Source: an uncultured Candidatus Saccharibacteria bacterium (GTDB lineage: Bacteria > Patescibacteriota > Minisyncoccia > Phycocordibacterales > UBA6899). Taken from it: a DNA stretch of 64,000 nucleotides. Positions within the stretch are counted from its first letter, which is position 1. Each line of letters begins with the position of its first letter. This document shows, piece by piece, positions 28,164 through 35,965 of the stretch. The translations under genes were made by a program, and so were the position numbers. Below the pieces are notes generated by a model. That model made no database searches. It had not been told where the DNA came from and saw only the letters and a list, made by a program, of their open reading frames with translations. The DNA is taken from positions 64,522 to 128,521 of the forward strand of contig CAYLUP010000002.1 of assembly GCA_964386905.1 (NCBI GenBank), given 5' to 3'.

Positions 28164-28847
28164 TTATTTTAAGTAATCGTAGTACTGAAGTGCAGTGTTC
28201 ACATCCCTGTAGTTTATAATCCCATCTCCGTTAATATCATGAGATTTTGCATATCCTCGACTAATCTGACGAATCACCCGCGTGATATCGTAAATGCTGA
28301 TCTTTCCATCGCCATCTATATCTGGTGTTGCGGTCCCGAGGGGTCTTGGGTATATGCGGACACCTGAAGTGTGTTCAAGAATATCTTTTGCAGTGCCGTT
28401 GGCAAGCAAAAGAGTGCCATTTGTAATGATGAGTGTAAGCGGAGTGGCTTGTTTTGCTTGGAACCATGCTCGAAGAATATGTGATTGTTGCACCCCTTGG
28501 TTGAGTTGTGGTTTGATGATTCCGCCGCTCCAGGTGAGCACGCCATTGCTGTTGCTTATTTCTGGATTACCGCCCCAAAGATTGATTGCGCTGGCGTCAG
28601 TATCTATTCGCAATCCTTCCAGCTGGGGGGTCGGAAAACTTAAGACTCCGTCGGTTGCATTAATGGGGTATTGTGATTTCAGGTAGATATCAACAAAAAA
28701 AATCTCTCCAATTGACGGTGTTCTTGTGGACGGTTTGAGAAAAATCCCATTTTGTGGGATAGGGGTTTGAGGGGAAAGCATGAGAAACATGAGCGGAACA
28801 GATACGAGCGCTTTTCTGTGATGTTTTGTGATGATCTTTCTAATCAT
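28164..28847 (-). CDS. Secreted protein combining a cohesin-like domain with a C-terminal type I dockerin, an adaptor-scaffoldin-like architecture.
   Basis: N-terminal signal LVSVPLMFLMLSP. Beta-sandwich IFLKPSTRTPSIGEIFFVDIYLKSQYPINATDGVLSF.... C-terminal dockerin repeats DIDGDGKISIYDITRVIRQI and DINGDGIINYRDVNTALQYY. Confidence 0.55.
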   Translation of the reverse strand: MIRKIITKHHRKALVSVPLMFLMLSPQTPIPQNGIFLKPSTRTPSIGEIFFVDIYLKSQYPINATDGVLSFPTPQLEGLRIDTDASAINLWGGNPEISNSNGVLTWSGGIIKPQLNQGVQQSHILRAWFQAKQATPLTLIITNGTLLLANGTAKDILEHTSGVRIYPRPLGTATPDIDGDGKISIYDITRVIRQISRGYAKSHDINGDGIINYRDVNTALQYYDYLK

Positions 28848-28853
28848 GAGATG

Positions 28854-29237
28854 TTATGACAAGTGCGTTTTGACTCGCGCAACAATATCTTCGAGCCCCC
28901 ATTCACTTTTTATCAGGAACTCTGTTTTCTGATAGCCAGAGATGGTTGCAACTGTAGTCGCGTCGACGGAGTTTGTAATCACCATGACAAAGACCGTTGC
29001 TCCCCATGCGTCCTCATTGCGAAGCTTGTGGAGCATTGAAATACCATCCATATTAGGCATAAAAATATCGAGCAAAATAATCGAAGGGTGGTGGAGGAGC
29101 GCTGTGCTTAATCCCTCTGCTCCGTCTTTAGCCGTTAAGACTCCAAAACCCTCCTCGCGAAGTCTATCTGAGAGTACTTGCCGAAGAGCGTGATCATCCT
29201 CGATGATGAGTACTTTTTTTGGAATAGCATTTGTCAT
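28854..29237 (-). CDS. Stand-alone response-regulator receiver (CheY-like) protein.
   Basis: VLIIEDDHALRQVL...ILLDIFMPNMDGISMLHKLR, with the conserved phospho-acceptor Asp (LLD) and the DD pair. There is no output domain. Confidence 0.7.
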   Translation of the reverse strand: MTNAIPKKVLIIEDDHALRQVLSDRLREEGFGVLTAKDGAEGLSTALLHHPSIILLDIFMPNMDGISMLHKLRNEDAWGATVFVMVITNSVDATTVATISGYQKTEFLIKSEWGLEDIVARVKTHLS

Positions 29238-29241
29238 GATG

Positions 29242-29646
29242 TTAGTGGGATACTTGAGAAAGTTGATTGTATAATTCCTCTGGTGAAAGTTCTTCCTTGC
29301 TATATATTTCGAGAATAGACAGATGTTTTATTTCTTGAAGAAGACTTTCTTTTGCTGCATGTGTATAGAGATAGCAGGGGACGTGTGCTCCGTAGCTTCC
29401 CAGGAGGCGAACTCTTTTAATAAACGCTATGCCGTCCATCGGGTACATGATGACATCGCTGAGAATCATCGCTGGCTTTTCGTTTTCTGCAATCGTTATT
29501 GCGTGTTCTCCTTGCTCTGCATCAAAAACCTCATACCCATGTGATTCGAATACCTTTTTCAGTTGTTCTCTGTATGTATTATCGTCTTCAAGAATAAGGA
29601 TATTTTTCCCTTTCATAGTATTTAGTATATCATGATTTTTTGGCAC
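29242..29646 (-). CDS. Second stand-alone response-regulator receiver protein.
   Basis: ILILEDDNTYREQL...MILSDVIMYPMDGIAFIKRVR. It is 134 aa with a receiver domain only, 4 nt downstream of the previous receiver gene. Confidence 0.65.
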   Translation of the reverse strand: MPKNHDILNTMKGKNILILEDDNTYREQLKKVFESHGYEVFDAEQGEHAITIAENEKPAMILSDVIMYPMDGIAFIKRVRLLGSYGAHVPCYLYTHAAKESLLQEIKHLSILEIYSKEELSPEELYNQLSQVSH

Positions 29647-29699
29647 AATGTGTGGATGTTTTCTCGCGATGGTTTTCTATCTGTGATATAGTATTTCGT

Positions 29700-30128
29700 A
29701 TGAAAGAACAGAAATTTGTCATTGGAATTGTCGTCGCGCTTCTTGCGGCAGCAGGTATTTTCTTTTTTATGTCACGAGAAAGGAACCCTGCGGATATTAT
29801 CGCGAGTGGGGAACGCACTCTTTTCGGACAACACCTTAAAGAACAGGGTGTCGTGTTTTATGGAGCATTTTGGTGCTCCCACTGTCAAGAACAAAAGAAA
29901 CTTATGGGTAAAGAAGTTTGGGAGCCAATTTATGTCGAGTGTTCGACTCCTGATGGCCGAGGCCAGCTGGATGTCTGTAAAGAGGCAGGAGTGGATTCAT
30001 ACCCCACAACCGTCTTTAAAGATGGCACAAGAAAGGTAGGAGTTATCGATATTGCCGAACTCGAACAACGCACTGGATATGTGAAGGCAACGACTACGGA
30101 GCCTCTCTTGGGCCAGATTCAAGAATAA
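29700..30128 (+). CDS. Membrane-anchored thioredoxin-like protein of the VKOR-associated type (CSHC).
   Basis: N-terminal [20 protein letters not shown]. The segment [54 protein letters not shown] matches the Trx-like domain normally fused to, or partnered with, bacterial VKOR (consensus YGA.WCPHC..QK..FG......YVEC........C...GI..YPTW). Confidence 0.6.
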   Translation: MKEQKFVIGIVVALLAAAGIFFFMSRERNPADIIASGERTLFGQHLKEQGVVFYGAFWCSHCQEQKKLMGKEVWEPIYVECSTPDGRGQLDVCKEAGVDSYPTTVFKDGTRKVGVIDIAELEQRTGYVKATTTEPLLGQIQE

Positions 30129-30150
30129 CAGCACGGGCTGTTTTTCTTTT
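30129..30150 (+). terminator. Rho-independent terminator: cagc-acgg-gctg followed by ttttt.
   Basis: Hairpin plus T-run immediately after the TAA. Confidence 0.45.
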
Positions 30151-30210
30151 CAGATTTTGGTATACTACGGGAACTTATTCGTTGTCCACGTGGACGTAAG
30201 ACATCGTATT

Positions 30211-30840
30211 ATGGGGAATACACAAACCTACTGGATTATTGGTATCGGAGTACTCGTCGTTGCTTTTGCAGTCGGCCTATTCCTGTACGGAGAGCGTCCA
30301 GGAGCACCAAAAATACAACAAAACAATACACAGAATATGGAAACACAACAAGAATTCGCTACACAAAGAGCAGTGTTAAAAACAACGAAAGGCGACATTA
30401 CGCTCGAGTTGTATGGAAAAAGCGCACCAAAGACTGTAGAAAATTTTCTTACTCTTGCACAAAAAGGGTTTTATGACGGAACGCGTTTTCATCGTGTGAT
30501 TCGCGGTTTCATGATTCAGGGAGGTGATCCATTGTCAAAAGATGACACTGCAGGTGCACGGTGGGGAACAGGTGGCCCAGGATATCAATTTGAGGATGAG
30601 ATTAATTCTATTGCACTTGTTCGTGGCGTGCTTGCGATGGCAAATGCAGGGCCAAATACGAATGGAAGTCAGTTCTTCATCGTTACGGCAGAAAGTACGC
30701 CATGGCTTGATGGAAAGCACACTGCATTTGGTCGCGTCATAGCAGGCATGGAAGTGGTTGAGAGTATTGAATCCATTCAGACGCTTCCAGGAGATCGACC
30801 AAAAGAACCAATCACTATTCTCTCGATAGAGATGAAATAA
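30211..30840 (+). CDS. Cyclophilin-type peptidyl-prolyl cis-trans isomerase, membrane-anchored.
   Basis: [22 protein letters not shown] and [12 protein letters not shown] motifs. The N-terminal [21 protein letters not shown] lies after the internal ATG at 30211. Confidence 0.8.
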   Translation: MGNTQTYWIIGIGVLVVAFAVGLFLYGERPGAPKIQQNNTQNMETQQEFATQRAVLKTTKGDITLELYGKSAPKTVENFLTLAQKGFYDGTRFHRVIRGFMIQGGDPLSKDDTAGARWGTGGPGYQFEDEINSIALVRGVLAMANAGPNTNGSQFFIVTAESTPWLDGKHTAFGRVIAGMEVVESIESIQTLPGDRPKEPITILSIEMK

Positions 30841-30865
30841 AAGACGCCTCGGCGTCTTTTTGTGC
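30841..30865 (+). terminator. Rho-independent terminator: agacgcc-tc-ggcgtct followed by a T-run.
   Basis: 7-bp stem directly after the TAA. Confidence 0.55.
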
Positions 30866-30879
30866 TATACTATACGTGT

Positions 30880-31110
30880 ATGAGAAAACTTTATCGTCAT
30901 ACACATGGAGAAAAACACATTCTTGGTGGTGTTTTTAGTGGGCTTGGCGAGTGGATGGAAGTGAGCCCAGGAATTCTTCGTGTGGGGTTTGCCGTATTTC
31001 TCTTTTTCGGAGGCATTATTCCGGCAGTCCTCCTCTATTTTGCTGCAATGTTTTTAATAAAAAAACACCCTCATGGTGATTCGCAGCCGGTAGATCACTT
31101 GGCACATTAA
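30880..31110 (+). CDS. PspC-domain membrane protein.
   Basis: KLYRHTHGEKHILGGVFSGLGEWMEVSPGILRVGFAVFLFFGGIIPAVLLYFAAMFLI matches the PspC domain consensus (L.R.....GVcgGlaeY...dp..vRl.fv...). Confidence 0.6.
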   Translation: MRKLYRHTHGEKHILGGVFSGLGEWMEVSPGILRVGFAVFLFFGGIIPAVLLYFAAMFLIKKHPHGDSQPVDHLAH

Positions 31111-31114
31111 AACA

Positions 31115-31148
31115 CTGATGCTGCGCCTTTCGGCGCAGCATTATTTTT
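31115..31148. terminator. Bidirectional terminator: atgctgcgcc-tttc-ggcgcagcat followed by a T-run.
   Basis: 10-bp perfect stem between the convergent genes 30880..31110 (+) and 31141..31530 (-). Confidence 0.6.
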
Positions 31149-31530
31149 TGAAAATAGTATGCGACAAGATTTTGTTGTCGCTGCTCCAGCAGCTTCGCTG
31201 AACAACAGCTCCATCCTTGTCGTAGGTCAGAACCACTCTTTCGCTGAAGCGGATGGTCTGACCGCCTTGCCAGGCGATCTTGATCCCATCTTTTCCGATA
31301 TACGTACCATCCTTCAATTCTTTCTCAAATTGAAGTTGGAAGTATACCTTGCGATCCCCGTTATCGAGATGCTCAGTATTCGTAACAGTGTGCCCGGTGA
31401 ATGTGCTTTTGTTGAGCACTTCGGACACCTTCACGAACTCCTGAACTTCTTTCGGGAGGGGGTTCCGCAATGTGATTGCGAAGAGGACGGCCGACGAAAG
31501 AACAAACAGTACAGTGAAAATTCGCTTCAT
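31141..31530 (-). CDS. Small secreted protein, hypothetical.
   Basis: Signal peptide MKRIFTVLFVLSSAVLFAITL, followed by a mixed-charge ~105-aa domain. Confidence 0.4.
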   Translation of the reverse strand: MKRIFTVLFVLSSAVLFAITLRNPLPKEVQEFVKVSEVLNKSTFTGHTVTNTEHLDNGDRKVYFQLQFEKELKDGTYIGKDGIKIAWQGGQTIRFSERVVLTYDKDGAVVQRSCWSSDNKILSHTIFKK

Positions 31531-31605
31531 GAGCGCTCCTTTGATGTATGTATATTATAACATAAAATAATATTTTGTCAATTAAACAAAAAGCCCGGAA
31601 AGGGG

Positions 31606-32190
31606 CTAGTGAGAAAGTTTTTGACCGATAAATTGGAGTACTGCTCCAATGCTTGCATTCATCAGTCTGTCGCTCATGTTCACAACAAGGTCAAAATATG
31701 AGGATGTACTGTGAGAGAGTTCTTCGGTGATTTCTTCCATGCTCGCGTTTGCGTCTTTTTGTGTGAGAGAGCGCTCATTGATTCGCTTTCGTATGCCTGG
31801 CATATCTGCAAGAACAAAGATGCCGTACACCTTATTTGTGTGAGATAGCGCCTCGGAGATTTCAATCGCGCCGCATGGGTTGACGATCATACATACTGGG
31901 CCTTGCTGACGAAGGTGTTCGACATTGATGCTCGATACACCGTAGGAGTATCCATGGACGGGACTTGTTTCAATAAAGGCCCCCGCTTTTTCTTGACGTG
32001 TGAATTCTTCTGGCGTCATGAAGAAATGGTCAACACCTTCCTGTTCTCCAGGGAGAGCCGGTCTATCTGTCGTCGTAACGATGTGCTGCACTGAAGGGTA
32101 TGTGCGAAGAACATGCTGAAGAAGCATACGTTTCCCTGCGCACGTGAGTCCACTGATGAGAAACAGCGGATGGTGCTTTCGTCGTGTCAT
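31606..32190 (-). CDS. Guanylate kinase-like protein with an atypical P-loop.
   Basis: LFLISGLTCAGKRML...VTTTDRPALPGEQEGVDHFFMTPEEFTRQEKAGAFIETSPVHGYSYGVS follows the Gmk pattern (SxTTRxxRxGExDGxDYxF...FxE...vxgxxYGT). However, the Walker A reads GLTCAGKR, not GxxGxGK[ST]. Confidence 0.55.
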   Translation of the reverse strand: MTRRKHHPLFLISGLTCAGKRMLLQHVLRTYPSVQHIVTTTDRPALPGEQEGVDHFFMTPEEFTRQEKAGAFIETSPVHGYSYGVSSINVEHLRQQGPVCMIVNPCGAIEISEALSHTNKVYGIFVLADMPGIRKRINERSLTQKDANASMEEITEELSHSTSSYFDLVVNMSDRLMNASIGAVLQFIGQKLSH

Positions 32191-32380
32191 GATGGCTCCA
32201 AAGAAAAGTCCTGTGTGATACTACCGTATTCAAACTCTATGTCAACAAAAAACCGCCCAAGAAGCGGTTTTTTGATTATTAGCGCATCCGTGTTGTACAT
32301 GATTTGCCTGCGCGATTTGCCTTCTTTCGCTGTGCGTGCTTTGTTTTCTTATTTGCCATGTTGATTAGTAGTCTAACAAA

Positions 32381-33682
32381 TTATCCTCTTTTTTTCAAGA
32401 CAAGCAGGGATTCGAGGTGTGGTGTATTGGGATAGAAATCAAAACCATGGATATGAGAAATATCGTACTTTTCTGAGAGCATCGCGTAGTCGCGCGCTTG
32501 TGTTTCTGGGTTACAAGAAAGATAAAGAAGGATTGGTGGTTGCGTTTCGAGAATTGCGGAAATCAATTTTGGGTGTAATCCTGCACGTGGAGGATCGAGA
32601 ACGAGACAGTCTGTTTGAGCAAGTCGCACTTTCGGGATATGTTCTGACGGAATTGCTTCTGCTGTGTAGTTCCGGATTGCGTTCTGTTGCGCATTTTTAT
32701 TCGCCATTGCGACGGAGTGTGGATGAATTTCTACCCCGTGAACTGATTTTGCGGAAGATGCAAGAAGGAGCCCTATTGTACCAACGCCGGAATAGAGTTC
32801 AAGGATATTCGCAGATGGTGGTACGTGCTCTCTCATAATGGCCACTGCATTAAGAAACAGGGGGATGTTGTTTTGGAAAAAACTATCCCAGGCATACGAA
32901 AGAGTGACCCCCTGGAGTGTTTCGGTCAGTTCTGCAGCACCTTCTGAAACAAGAAGCTCAGTCGGTACTGCTGCTGGGGATTTGTGAGTAGAATAATAGA
33001 TGTGCAGCCCTATGAGGTGGGGAATATTCTTCCATGAGATATGCGGTATCTTCCGTTCTTTCAAGTAGAGAATCGCGATACAATCTCCAGTGGTCTTGCT
33101 TTCCCGAATGGTGAGCGCTTTCGTATCGCGATAGGTGAATCCTTGTGATGCAAGTGAGGACGCAATCGCTATACCAACGGAATTCGTGTGATTGCTGGCA
33201 AGGATACACCCAGTATGATCGAGTTGAACACTGTGTTTTCCATTATTTCGCTCCCGAAAAGACAGAGAGAGGGGGATAGTATTTCCTGCCTGATCTTTGT
33301 CTGTAAAAGAGAATTCTATTTTTGTGCGATACCTCGAGATGTCGTCTGCAGGCGTGAACGATATAGGGGTAGGATGTGCGTATCTTCCATAGAGGTCGCT
33401 GAGGAGTTGTCGTTTGTGCGTGCATTGTGTGGGATAGTGCATCACTTGCCACGGGCTACAAGAAAGATAGTGTGCTTCATTTGGTTCTTTCCTTTCGCTT
33501 GACCGGACGATGAATTCTTCTACACTCCCAAAGAAAACTCTGTGTTTCTTCTCAACAGAAACAAGCGCCGTTTCTCCTGGAAGCATGCCGTGAATGTATA
33601 CTTTTTTACCCTCATGCTCGGCAAAAGCGGCACCATTGTGCGCTATGCCTGTTGCTGTGATTGTCAGTATGCGTTTAGTCAT
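32381..33682 (-). CDS. rlmD: 23S rRNA (uracil-C5)-methyltransferase RlmD/RumA family (TRAM + SAM-MTase).
   Basis: N-terminal TRAM domain ITATGIAHNGAAFAEHEGKKVYIHGMLPGETALVSVEKK. C-terminal MTase motifs LYSGVGTIGLLLA, LVLDPPRAGL and LYLSCNPETQARD. The start is placed at 33682 (MTKRIL), 5 nt downstream of the prmC stop; the tool's longer N-terminus has no similarity. Confidence 0.7.
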   Translation of the reverse strand: MTKRILTITATGIAHNGAAFAEHEGKKVYIHGMLPGETALVSVEKKHRVFFGSVEEFIVRSSERKEPNEAHYLSCSPWQVMHYPTQCTHKRQLLSDLYGRYAHPTPISFTPADDISRYRTKIEFSFTDKDQAGNTIPLSLSFRERNNGKHSVQLDHTGCILASNHTNSVGIAIASSLASQGFTYRDTKALTIRESKTTGDCIAILYLKERKIPHISWKNIPHLIGLHIYYSTHKSPAAVPTELLVSEGAAELTETLQGVTLSYAWDSFFQNNIPLFLNAVAIMREHVPPSANILELYSGVGTIGLLLASSAKSVHGVEIHPHSVAMANKNAQQNAIRNYTAEAIPSEHIPKVRLAQTDCLVLDPPRAGLHPKLISAILETQPPILLYLSCNPETQARDYAMLSEKYDISHIHGFDFYPNTPHLESLLVLKKRG

Positions 33683-34472
33683 GGTGTTTCGGGTATGCCT
33701 CGAACCAGCGAGTAATACCATATTGATCGTCGTGATAGGTGATGTCCCAGTGCGCCGCGTCTTCAAGCTGGCGTATCGCTTCATGTTGCCCCTGTGCAAA
33801 CTCGCAAAATAGGACGCCATCTTCTGTGAGGTGTTGTGCTGATTCTTGGAGGAGCCTTTTGATTTCACCGAGCCCTTCCTCATTTGCATAAAGTGCACGG
33901 TGTGGCTCCCAGGTGTAGACACTCTCGTCGACCGTTGATTGATCTGCGATGTATGGAGGGTTTGCAAAGATGGTATGGTATGGGCCAGTCATGAGTGTTG
34001 TCGCGTCCCCGTGAATGACTTTTGCTCGTTCTGCATGATAGACATTATTTTTAATGTTCTTTGCAGTCGAGGCACATTCATCAAAACCGATGTCAATGAA
34101 GGTGCACTGTGCTTTTGGGAAGCGCATCAGTGCAGAAATCCCGATACATCCGCTTCCAGCAAAGAGGTCTGCGAATCGAAATGGGAAGATGTGGGGAAAT
34201 CGTGCTTCAATAATACGAAATGCTTCACTTGCCCAGTATTCCGTCTCTGGGCGTGGGATAAGGGGGCGATCGTCGAGATTGATACGTGCACGCAAAAAAG
34301 GAATCCATCCGATGACATAGGCAATGGGCTCACCTCGCTCGAGGCGCTCAAGGTCTTTGTAGTATTGGGGAGGAGTTTCTCCTTGGTATTTCTCCATTTT
34401 GAGCCAATGTGCATCACGTGCGCGTACAGACATGGGGACAGTATATGAAATATCCGAGGGAAAATCAAACAA
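33675..34472 (-). CDS. prmC: HemK/PrmC-family N5-glutamine protein methyltransferase.
   Basis: DLFAGSGCIGISAL (motif I) and the catalytic motif IFANPPYI (NPPY). Confidence 0.7.
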   Translation of the reverse strand: MFDFPSDISYTVPMSVRARDAHWLKMEKYQGETPPQYYKDLERLERGEPIAYVIGWIPFLRARINLDDRPLIPRPETEYWASEAFRIIEARFPHIFPFRFADLFAGSGCIGISALMRFPKAQCTFIDIGFDECASTAKNIKNNVYHAERAKVIHGDATTLMTGPYHTIFANPPYIADQSTVDESVYTWEPHRALYANEEGLGEIKRLLQESAQHLTEDGVLFCEFAQGQHEAIRQLEDAAHWDITYHDDQYGITRWFEAYPKHHD

Positions 34473-34487
34473 AAAGTAGCCCGAAGG
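34466..34487 (-). terminator. Rho-independent terminator, minus strand: gtagcc-ttcg-ggctac followed by a T-run.
   Basis: The reverse complement shows a hairpin followed by tttttgttt, just downstream of the stop of 34488..35150. Confidence 0.45.
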
Positions 34488-35150
34488 CTACTTGGGTGGG
34501 ATGAGATGTTCAGGGAATGTTTTGGCGAAATCGCTCATAGATTCCATCATCTTTGCGATACTGTCATCAACTCCATTTAGGCGCGAATTCTTATAGAAAA
34601 GCGACGTTGGGGTAAAAGGCCCCAAAGTTTTCAGTTGGCGAAACTCATATGGGAGTCTAAGTGCTTTTGCATGCTTTATGAGTGTGCGCACGTCCTTGGC
34701 TTTTGCATCTCCAGAAATGATAAAGAGGGGTTGTGCGTTGTCCCAGTGGTTGGGGCAGTGCTGAGGGTGCGACATCGTAAGATGGAGCTGGGTCGCGAGC
34801 ATGTGAGCAATATTCCACGAGACACCGGTGAAAGCAAAGAGGGTGTGTTTGTCTCCTTGGAGTTCAACGCGCTTTTCTTCAGGTCTATAGCGCATCTCGA
34901 CGTGTGTGAAAAGAGAGAAAATATCTCTGAGACCAACTAGATGGAGTTCAAGTTGGACGGAAAGTACAAAATTGTCTCGCGTTGAAAACTGCGGCATATG
35001 TTCTCCTTCGTCTGATGGTAATCTATCAGGTAAAATATTCCTGTAAAGGAAAAGCGGCCGTCTCCTGAGGCCGCTTTTGCGAGCTAGTGCTTCCGATACA
35101 ACGCCTGAGCGCAGATGGAAGCGATGAGCATGGAAAGGAAGTAGAGCCAT
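34488..35150 (-). CDS. Hypothetical protein.
   Basis: ORF with protein-like composition and no confident motif. The tool's N-terminal ~50 aa are Arg/Leu-rich, so the true start may be the internal MPQFS near 34997. Confidence 0.35.
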   Translation of the reverse strand: MALLPFHAHRFHLRSGVVSEALARKSGLRRRPLFLYRNILPDRLPSDEGEHMPQFSTRDNFVLSVQLELHLVGLRDIFSLFTHVEMRYRPEEKRVELQGDKHTLFAFTGVSWNIAHMLATQLHLTMSHPQHCPNHWDNAQPLFIISGDAKAKDVRTLIKHAKALRLPYEFRQLKTLGPFTPTSLFYKNSRLNGVDDSIAKMMESMSDFAKTFPEHLIPPK

Positions 35151-35278
35151 TCTCCGACTCGCATCCTTGACCTCCTACATATGCATTATACCATAAATAG
35201 TCCATTTGTCAATATAATCTGTTTGGCTATATTGAGCCATTTTTAGTTTACTGGTATACTGCGAACAACTCCTCGTAG

Positions 35279-35350
35279 TTCAATGGATACGACGCCTCCC
35301 TCCGAAGGAGGAGATGCAGGTTCGATTCCTGCCGAGGGGAGAGAAGGAAA
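35279..35350 (+). tRNA. tRNA-Arg, anticodon CCG.
   Basis: Manual cloverleaf over 72 nt. Acceptor CTCCTCG/CGAGGGG (7 bp with one G-U pair). D-arm GTT...GAC. Anticodon stem CCTCC/GGAGG with loop CTCCGAA, giving anticodon CCG. Variable loop AGAT. T-arm GCAGG-TTCGATT-CCTGC. Discriminator A. CCA is not encoded. Confidence 0.7.
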
Positions 35351-35354
35351 AACG

Positions 35355-35378
35355 CGTTAGCGTTTTTTTCTTTCTCCC
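35355..35378 (+). terminator. Rho-independent terminator: aaacgc-gtta-gcgttt followed by tttttt.
   Basis: Perfect hairpin plus T7, 5 nt after the tRNA 3' end. Confidence 0.6.
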
Positions 35379-35385
35379 CTCGGTA

Positions 35386-35517
35386 GAATCGAACGGAAGG
35401 GGGTCGGGGAAACAGTCGTTTCCCCGTAGAGGAAGGCAGCGAGTGAGTCTTCGAATGAGCGTCGGAAAACCATGGGTTTCCGAGGAGTTCGACTCCTGCC
35501 GAGGGGAGAAAATGAAA
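35386..35517 (+). other. tRNA-like palindromic element that duplicates the tRNA-Arg acceptor/T-arm 3' half. It is not a canonical tRNA.
   Basis: It begins CCCCTCGG and ends GTTCGACTCCTGCCGAGGGGAG. The last 23 nt closely copy the tRNA-Arg 3' end (GTTCGATTCCTGCCGAGGGGAG), and the 8-bp termini could pair like an acceptor stem. The span is ~128 nt, no valid D-arm or anticodon arm can be drawn, and an 8-bp hairpin GGGGAAAC-AGTC-GTTTCCCC lies inside. A second terminator, gcgc-tcat-gcgc followed by ttttt, follows at about 35521-35545. Confidence 0.4.
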
Positions 35518-35542
35518 AAGCGCTCATGCGCTTTTTCTATTC

Positions 35543-35965
35543 TCACTGCTTCACTCCTACAAGAACAATGACATCACCATGCTTTGGGATAAATCTTCCG
35601 ATTGGCTGACCAGGTTGTGCATTGTTAATGAAGTATGTCCACTGGAATCCCTCTGTTGCATTGATAAAAGAAGTAAGGGTGCGGTCTTTTCCGTTTCCAT
35701 TCCAGGTGATAGGGAGTTGCTCAATTGATGCAATTTTGTCGATAAGATCCGCGACGGATTGTCCTTCTTCAAGTGTAACGTTATTCCAATTTCGAGTAGA
35801 AATTCCATCGCTGACAAGTACGTGTACTGTTCGTGTTGCAGTTTTTATGTTTGTCGCATCTCGCTGTCCAATCATATACCCTACGAGAATTCCAGAAAGC
35901 AGTGCTGCTCCAGTAATGAGATAGGTAAAAAGAGAAAAAGTTCGCTTAGTTTGTTGTTGATTCAT
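35543..35965 (-). CDS. Membrane-anchored protein with a C-terminal DUF4430-like small beta domain.
   Basis: TM FSLFTYLITGAALLSGILVGYMI. The C-terminal EGFQWTYFINNAQPGQPIGRFIPKHGDVIVLV resembles the W.Y.vNg....G....l.dGD.i motif. The tool's upstream extension (His/Gln-rich) overlaps the neighbouring gene, so the start was moved to the internal ATG. Confidence 0.35.
   Translation of the reverse strand: MNQQQTKRTFSLFTYLITGAALLSGILVGYMIGQRDATNIKTATRTVHVLVSDGISTRNWNNVTLEEGQSVADLIDKIASIEQLPITWNGNGKDRTLTSFINATEGFQWTYFINNAQPGQPIGRFIPKHGDVIVLVGVKQ

Noticed and set aside
35386-35517. Possibility that the second element is a long-arm tRNA (Ser, Leu or Sec) or an intron-containing tRNA.
   Set aside because: It is 128 nt between acceptor strands, which is too long for class II tRNAs and too short for a group I intron. 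No valid D-arm could be drawn, and the T-arm would have only a 5-nt loop (AGGAG-TTCGA-CTCCT). It is kept as a tRNA-like element or possible att remnant.
35280-35571. ORFs 35280..35546(-) and 35314..35571(+) across the tRNA region.
   Set aside because: They cover a tRNA gene, two terminators and a palindromic element, and are non-coding.
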